Assembly (NCBI GenBank): GCA_002633005.1
Contig: NMRA01000206.1
Location: 269,250-333,249, forward strand
Direction of reading: 5' to 3'
DNA from: Phoronis australis
Lineage: Eukaryota; Animalia; Phoronida
Length of the DNA: 64,000 nt
The notes beneath the pieces were generated by a model, which was not told where the DNA came from, made no database searches, and saw nothing but the letters and a program-made list of their open reading frames with translations. This document shows, piece by piece, positions 61,001 through 64,000 of this stretch. The stretch's first letter is position 1. Each line of letters begins with the position of its first letter. Position numbers and translations under genes: made by a program.

Positions 61001-63412
61001 AAATAACCCTGACAGATGACAAATGAGTAATCTGTTAGCAGGCCATGTTACAGCACTCATTCGCAATCCAGTTGTGAAGCTTAATGCAAAGTTTCGGGTT
61101 CCTACTTCAAGAAGAACAAAACAAGAGCAAAAGTTTGGAGACTAATTTGGGAGAAACAGCCAATATAATGGAAATGCGTTGGGCCAGGATTCTGTTAGCA
61201 TCAGACTCGTGCACGCAAAATCCACCAAGAACTAAGAATCAGCAATAACTGGCCCTCACCATTCATATATTAAAGTCTACTAGGTGAAAATTTACGAAAT
61301 TCTGTCCACTGGTTTGAAAAATAATCAGTTGACAAGGAACAGGAATTTGTACCTTCCTGAGGTTGCGGTCTACCCATATCACTGACTCCTGGAACACGAC
61401 AATACCAAATGGAGATGGAAGACCAGATCGTATGTATTCCCTGCGTCCACCACTAAACGACACTTTCTGAAATAAAATGAGTGATAATGTCACAAGTTTC
61501 AAAATTCATAATTCTCCCTTAAAATACACTTTTTGCATCAAGCCATTCAAAAACTTCAAAGGATCGATTTTAAAAACCAACCAATTTAGTCAAAACTTAT
61601 TCCCGAAATATGCTTTTTCCAAATGACGTCACTTTTTGCAAAAGGGAATTCTTTCTAAGTTTCCAACTTTAACTAAATCCAGATTGGAACACAACAGATT
61701 ACAGACTTCTAAGACTTCCATTTAAAGGTACATTTTTCAAAGCTTACATCCAACTTTCACAACACAGACTTAGCAAGCTGAAGGCACAATTACCAAGAAC
61801 CCTTTTTTCAGAATAATGTAATTGGTAAGAATGATTCCAAATCCTGCACAAATGACACCAACAGTAACTGTATAGTCTCTGTTATCTTACCTGTATGGCA
61901 TCGACTGCTGAATCAACCCAGTAAATGTCGTGAGTCATGTAATCAATGGCGATGTCTCGCGGCACTGTCACTCCAGTCTGGACAATGGTGGTTCTGTTAG
62001 TTCCATCCAAGCGTGACCTCTCAATCTGGGGTCGTTGCCCATAGTCACACCAATAGAGGTATCTGAAGGGGAGATAAATACCAAGGAAATTTACATTGTT
62101 CCAGTGCATGAAACATGATCAACACTAGCTTTAAACATAATCATTTTGCATGAGATTATAAACTAACTATTTCTTAACAGTTGAGAAGTTTCAATAAAAA
62201 CATGATTGAGTCATAAACGTGCAATCAGTTTCCACGTCCATAATGTGGTATTTTCTACTCACATCGCACGTGACCAATGTTAATACCCTTTTATTTCACT
62301 GCTTCTCAGTCGTGCTGTAGGGCGCACTCAATAAGTACTCAACTCACACAACCTGCTGACACCACAGACAACTTGAAAAGGAAACGAAATGGACTGCCTT
62401 GTGATTATTTATAAGCAATTTTTGACATAATTTCCCAAGGGTACTCCACTATAAGAGGTATGAGGAATGTGCCACTCAGACAAGTGACTTTTCCAAGACC
62501 ACTCCTACAAAAGGGAGCCCTTTCTTATAAAGTTCCCTTTGAAAGGGTGCCTTTCCAATTTAAATCCTCACAAGAGGGGTCAATTTGGGTATTCAAAACT
62601 CTTCATATTTTTTCAACTGAAAAGATTTCAAGGGTTTCTAATATTATTGTTTTTAAATGTTGGGGTTGCAAGAGATGAGCTCATGCTTAACAAGATCGCA
62701 TCCCTTCCAGCACTAAAGACATCTGTCCAGGAAGGGCACACATAAGGGAGAGCTTTATGGATTTAACATGTCTTACAGAAGGTAGTGAGTGTCTTTAAAA
62801 CAAAACCCAACGAAAGTGGGGTGGGGGCTTTTTCATGGCATCTCCCTAGAAATGAGTTCATTTTTTCAATTCCACTCTCTTGCCAGACGGGTATCATATA
62901 CCTTTGTTGCACCACCACTCTCGCATGAAATTAGCAGACGGCACAATTAAACAAGTCCAATCACTTAAAGTGAAAGTCATTTTTCCATTGTCTATACGGC
63001 CGTTTTGCCAATGTCTAAGCTAAGATCCCTAGACGCAAGAATTTTGTGAGTAAAGTTGCCGTATTGCCGCACCTTTAACCCCATGGGCTTGTACCCAAAA
63101 TAATGCCTTTTATCGCAGCCTTTTTGCACCCAAGTGGTTGGCATAGTGGCGCATGCAAATGAGTTTTGCATATAAGCGCAGTTTCGCAAAGACCCCGATG
63201 GGGCTAATGGCATGGCAGTATGGTAGTGTGATAACAACTCTTAAGTCATATAAAACAATAGGCATTACCATACCGTTTGATAGGATTGACAGCCAAGGCT
63301 CTAGGTGTGTTCCCTTTAAACTTGACAAGAACGCGTCTGAATGTCCCGTCCATCCTGGACACCTCCAAGTACGCAACGTTTATCGAGAAGGCATTCGTGA
63401 AGTAAAGGTTTC
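18884..63412 (-). CDS. LRP2: LRP2/megalin-like LDL-receptor-family gene, 3' half (44 traced exons; 5' part outside the window)
   Basis: Domain order: YWTD propellers/EGF - 10 LDLa - 2 EGF - YWTD - EGF - 11 LDLa - 2 EGF - YWTD - EGFs - TM - FSNPLY. The few membrane-proximal EGFs and the CDA..P..PP.C.C.NGG.C stretch resemble megalin more than LRP1. Frame is continuous across all junctions. Confidence 0.85.
20196..20670. mobile_element. Foldback element, copy 2 (same family as 5133-5534)
   Basis: Shares the aagttcatgttc..tcaacgttt.gtctattcat arm and its reverse complement. Confidence 0.7.
21818..22197. repeat. Minisatellite, about 48-bp unit, about 8 copies
   Basis: aagactttcaagactcgagggtcagggagaacataatggcgttccaca repeated. 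Confidence 0.95.
22537..22648 (-). CDS. LRP2: LRP2-like cytoplasmic exon ([25 protein letters not shown]...MRQ)
   Basis: ORF track; splice sites; phase 2 to 0. Confidence 0.8.
25388..25414 (-). CDS. LRP2: LRP2-like 27-nt cytoplasmic microexon (RTLSLLSLT)
   Basis: ttttccag acceptor and ag|gtaact donor; symmetric phase 2-2. Confidence 0.6.
   Translation of the reverse strand, partial: DSQSFESN
25420..25519. repeat. Exact 50-bp tandem duplication
   Basis: aaatgaaagtgaaagttatgcaattaacagcaatatcatgttagttactc twice. Confidence 0.93.
25823..25913 (-). CDS. LRP2: LRP2-like transmembrane exon ([29 protein letters not shown])
   Basis: Manual translation; ctttcag acceptor, gtatga donor. Confidence 0.9.
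26737..27150 (-). CDS. LRP2: LRP2-like exon, three membrane-proximal EGFs plus Thr/Pro-rich stalk
   Basis: ORF track plus splice sites. Confidence 0.9.
27727..27906 (-). CDS. LRP2: LRP2-like exon, propeller end (PYSLDVF...DKFGRG...RYNTS)
   Basis: ORF track plus splice sites. Confidence 0.92.
28077..28297 (-). CDS. LRP2: LRP2-like exon, propeller ([13 protein letters not shown]...VYWSD)
   Basis: ORF track plus splice sites. Confidence 0.93.
28968..29220 (+). mobile_element. tRNA-derived SINE copy
   Basis: Homologous to 34394 and 58277 copies (cttgagtcaggt..ctagct.ct core). Confidence 0.65.
29414..29542 (-). CDS. LRP2: LRP2-like exon, propeller (NLYWTD...IAVNPLTG)
   Basis: Manual translation. 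Confidence 0.92.
30695..30974 (-). CDS. LRP2: LRP2-like exon, last propeller (IYWSD...LAVDWVGR)
   Basis: ORF track plus splice sites. Confidence 0.93.
31060..31168. repeat. Minisatellite, 17-bp unit, about 6.4 copies
   Basis: aaacttcgtttctgaac repeated. Confidence 0.95.
31898..32032 (-). CDS. LRP2: LRP2-like exon, calcium-binding EGF ([16 protein letters not shown])
   Basis: ORF track plus splice sites. Confidence 0.92.
32420..32511. repeat. Cluster of short self-complementary repeats
   Basis: ttctgcgcagaa and aatttctg variants repeated. Confidence 0.6.
33011..33154 (-). CDS. LRP2: LRP2-like exon, EGF ([12 protein letters not shown]...RKSCQ)
   Basis: Manual translation. Confidence 0.9.
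33627..33752 (-). CDS. LRP2: LRP2-like exon, 11th LDLa of cluster IV
   Basis: Manual translation: [13 protein letters not shown]. Confidence 0.92.
34394..34625 (+). mobile_element. tRNA-derived SINE copy (best-preserved B box)
   Basis: A-box-like gtgtaagctagtg and B box ggttcgagtccc, then the shared body. Confidence 0.7.
34900..35104 (-). CDS. LRP2: LRP2-like exon, LDLa repeats ([21 protein letters not shown]...)
   Basis: Manual translation. Confidence 0.92.
35905..36080 (-). CDS. LRP2: LRP2-like exon, LDLa plus [11 protein letters not shown] linker
   Basis: ORF track; the PTRFP.G.YC linker recalls megalin. Confidence 0.92.
36821..36943 (-). CDS. LRP2: LRP2-like exon, LDLa ([10 protein letters not shown]...DCQDGSDE)
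   Basis: Manual translation. Confidence 0.92.
37599..37844 (-). CDS. LRP2: LRP2-like exon, two LDLa repeats
   Basis: ORF track plus splice sites. Confidence 0.93.
39280..39396 (-). CDS. LRP2: LRP2-like exon, LDLa ([15 protein letters not shown])
   Basis: Manual translation. Confidence 0.92.
39831..39996. repeat. Minisatellite, 32-bp unit, about 5 copies (repeated again at 41777-41888)
   Basis: caaccacattgtggtattataatactagatta repeated. Confidence 0.95.
40568..40807 (-). CDS. LRP2: LRP2-like exon, same two LDLa repeats (copy 1; probably the other haplotype)
   Basis: Same protein sequence as 42464-42703; only synonymous differences seen. Confidence 0.7.
42464..42703 (-). CDS. LRP2: LRP2-like exon, two LDLa repeats (copy 2 of duplicated segment)
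   Basis: ORF track plus splice sites. Confidence 0.9.
43619..43867 (-). CDS. LRP2: LRP2-like exon, EGF plus first LDLa of cluster IV
   Basis: Manual translation: [16 protein letters not shown]...[15 protein letters not shown]. Confidence 0.93.
44111..44239. repeat. About 42-bp tandem repeat, 3 copies
   Basis: aattcacactgttgagacaggccattctctccctcccgtttc variants. Confidence 0.9.
44564..44787 (-). CDS. LRP2: LRP2-like exon, propeller (MYWTD...HPLSQP)
   Basis: ORF track plus splice sites. Confidence 0.92.
45521..45691 (-). CDS. LRP2: LRP2-like exon, propeller (YVFWTDWG...WPTALTIDY)
   Basis: Manual translation. Confidence 0.92.
46229..46357 (-). CDS. LRP2: LRP2-like exon, propeller (KLYWVD...VVHPLKG)
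   Basis: ORF track plus splice sites. Confidence 0.92.
47294..47552 (-). CDS. LRP2: LRP2-like exon, propeller (PYLLFGNRY...LAVDWIGR)
   Basis: ORF track plus splice sites. Confidence 0.93.
48075..48209 (-). CDS. LRP2: LRP2-like exon, calcium-binding EGF ([22 protein letters not shown])
   Basis: Manual translation. Confidence 0.92.
48443..48571 (-). CDS. LRP2: LRP2-like exon, calcium-binding EGF (VNECDN...)
   Basis: ORF track plus splice sites. Confidence 0.92.
48868..49025. repeat. Minisatellite, 19-bp unit, about 8 copies, beginning at N (48867)
   Basis: tacactcagtggtgtatgg repeated. Confidence 0.93.
49323..49439 (-). CDS. LRP2: LRP2-like exon, 10th LDLa of cluster III ([13 protein letters not shown])
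   Basis: Manual translation. Confidence 0.92.
49980..50102 (-). CDS. LRP2: LRP2-like exon, LDLa ([13 protein letters not shown])
   Basis: Manual translation. Confidence 0.92.
50594..50851 (-). CDS. LRP2: LRP2-like exon, two LDLa repeats
   Basis: ORF track plus splice sites. Confidence 0.93.
51470..51601 (-). CDS. LRP2: LRP2-like exon, LDLa ([13 protein letters not shown])
   Basis: ORF track plus splice sites. Confidence 0.92.
52252..52353 (-). CDS. LRP2: LRP2-like exon, LDLa ([13 protein letters not shown])
   Basis: ORF track plus splice sites. Confidence 0.92.
52624..52773 (-). CDS. LRP2: LRP2-like exon, LDLa ([13 protein letters not shown]) plus start of next repeat
   Basis: Translation; donor gtgagc gives the phase needed. 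Confidence 0.88.
53191..53313 (-). CDS. LRP2: LRP2-like exon, LDLa ([15 protein letters not shown])
   Basis: ORF track plus splice sites. Confidence 0.92.
53581..53697 (-). CDS. LRP2: LRP2-like exon, LDLa ([13 protein letters not shown])
   Basis: Manual translation. Confidence 0.92.
54104..54361 (-). CDS. LRP2: LRP2-like exon, EGF plus first LDLa of cluster III
   Basis: Manual translation: [13 protein letters not shown]...[13 protein letters not shown]. Confidence 0.92.
55070..55180 (-). CDS. LRP2: LRP2-like exon, propeller end (VFRADKYTG...DIHVY)
   Basis: ORF track plus splice sites. Confidence 0.9.
55656..55777 (-). CDS. LRP2: LRP2-like exon, propeller ([17 protein letters not shown])
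   Basis: ORF track plus splice sites. Confidence 0.92.
55848..56566. mobile_element. Kolobok-like non-autonomous transposon, copy 2
   Basis: ctaa-agaggcgtggaat ... attccgggcctct-TTAA; shared blocks such as cagagtttctaatct and acagatgactgacaagatgg. Confidence 0.75.
57228..57389 (-). CDS. LRP2: LRP2-like exon, propeller (FLYWTDW...PNGLTID...MYWVDA)
   Basis: Manual translation. Confidence 0.92.
57998..58181 (-). CDS. LRP2: LRP2-like exon, propeller ([13 protein letters not shown]...VDPCRG), ending at a GC donor
   Basis: Translation; donor gg|gcaagt. Confidence 0.88.
58277..58472 (+). mobile_element. tRNA-derived SINE copy
   Basis: gtgacctagtg...ggttcaagtcc...cccttgagtcaggtccctagctcc...cacgtctggtacaa. 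Confidence 0.65.
58632..58871 (-). CDS. LRP2: LRP2-like exon, propeller start (ALDFDY...IYFSQ)
   Basis: ORF track plus splice sites. Confidence 0.9.
59659..59796 (-). CDS. LRP2: LRP2-like exon, EGF ([13 protein letters not shown]...DGRTCE)
   Basis: Manual translation; not in ORF track. Confidence 0.9.
60384..60498 (-). CDS. LRP2: LRP2-like exon, end of propeller (VLKASK...[12 protein letters not shown])
   Basis: ORF track plus splice sites. Confidence 0.88.
60608..61166 (-). mobile_element. Internally deleted Tc1/mariner-type element
   Basis: Left end acagggtgattcgcccgaaac; minus-strand relic YSIEQRVFL...[13 protein letters not shown] (60883-60975); right TIR degenerate. Confidence 0.55.
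61353..61466 (-). CDS. LRP2: LRP2-like exon, YWTD propeller ([15 protein letters not shown])
   Basis: ORF track plus splice sites. Confidence 0.9.
61891..62062 (-). CDS. LRP2: LRP2-like exon, YWTD propeller (YLYWCD...IYWVD)
   Basis: ORF track plus splice sites. Confidence 0.92.
63274..63412 (-). CDS. LRP2: LRP2-like exon, YWTD propeller (NLYFTN...LAVNPIKR)
   Basis: ORF track plus splice sites. Confidence 0.9.
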
Positions 63413-64000
63413 CTGCATCCAATAACAACTAATGATACAAATTTCCATCTCAGAAGTTAAAGTACACGATAAAGTTTTCCACAAGCTAATAGTATCCTGT
63501 CGTATTTTCATGAAAAAAATGGCGTCTGCTTCAAAGTAACCAAGAATGCAGAGAGGGGAGTATCAGCTGAGGGGGCATGGATTTCAAGATCTTTTTTAAG
63601 GTTTTCAGACTTTGGCTCAGTCTTATAGTCTCTTCATATTAAAATCATGTTTTGATGTGGAATTTTTGTGAGACGCCAGATCACCTGCTTAAGATGAGCG
63701 TTCATTCAGATAGGCGTACTGTTAGTCGTGTACCGAGAAATTGGTTTGTGTATTTCCTTTCAGACGGCAGGTCAGACAACATCTGAACGTTGGTGTTAGA
63801 AATGTCTACTTCACAGCTAAATTAAACAAACCAGTGAACACTAAACATAACTTATCTACAACTAATTCGAAAGATGCCAATTTGATAGCCTTCGCACAAA
63901 AGTGCTACAAGCAATTATAAACCAGCATTCCATCCAGGAACTTTTGATATAGTCCGTATGATGCTATAAAGCTGGTCTCAACTTATTCCTTACATGTGAG

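Overview
Invertebrate-type animal genomic DNA (spliced, AT-rich introns) with two convergent genes. (1) On the + strand (about 5.8-15.5 kb) is a type-I membrane protein. It has a signal peptide, a basic putative pro-segment with a furin-type RTRR site, 10 Notch-like EGF repeats plus a truncated 11th, no DSL domain, one TM helix and a 28-nt juxtamembrane microexon. It appears to have two mutually exclusive last exons: an acidic tail with 7 Tyr (two YEEI) or a basic, kinase-site-rich tail ending in a class-I PDZ ligand (RRDTKV*). (2) On the - strand (18.9 kb to the window end) is the 3' half of an LRP2/megalin-like gene. I traced 44 phase-consistent exons: YWTD propellers, LDLa clusters of 10 and 11 repeats, TM, a 27-nt microexon and one FxNPxY, with one GC-AG intron. 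A 1.9-kb near-identical tandem duplication joined at a single N (41776) is most likely an assembly haplotype artefact. Introns and intergenic DNA carry TTAA-flanked Kolobok-like elements, foldback MITEs, a nested element with a 5-bp TSD, tRNA-derived SINEs, an internally deleted Tc1/mariner relic and several minisatellites. All exon boundaries were read by eye from splice signals and frame continuity; no database search was run.
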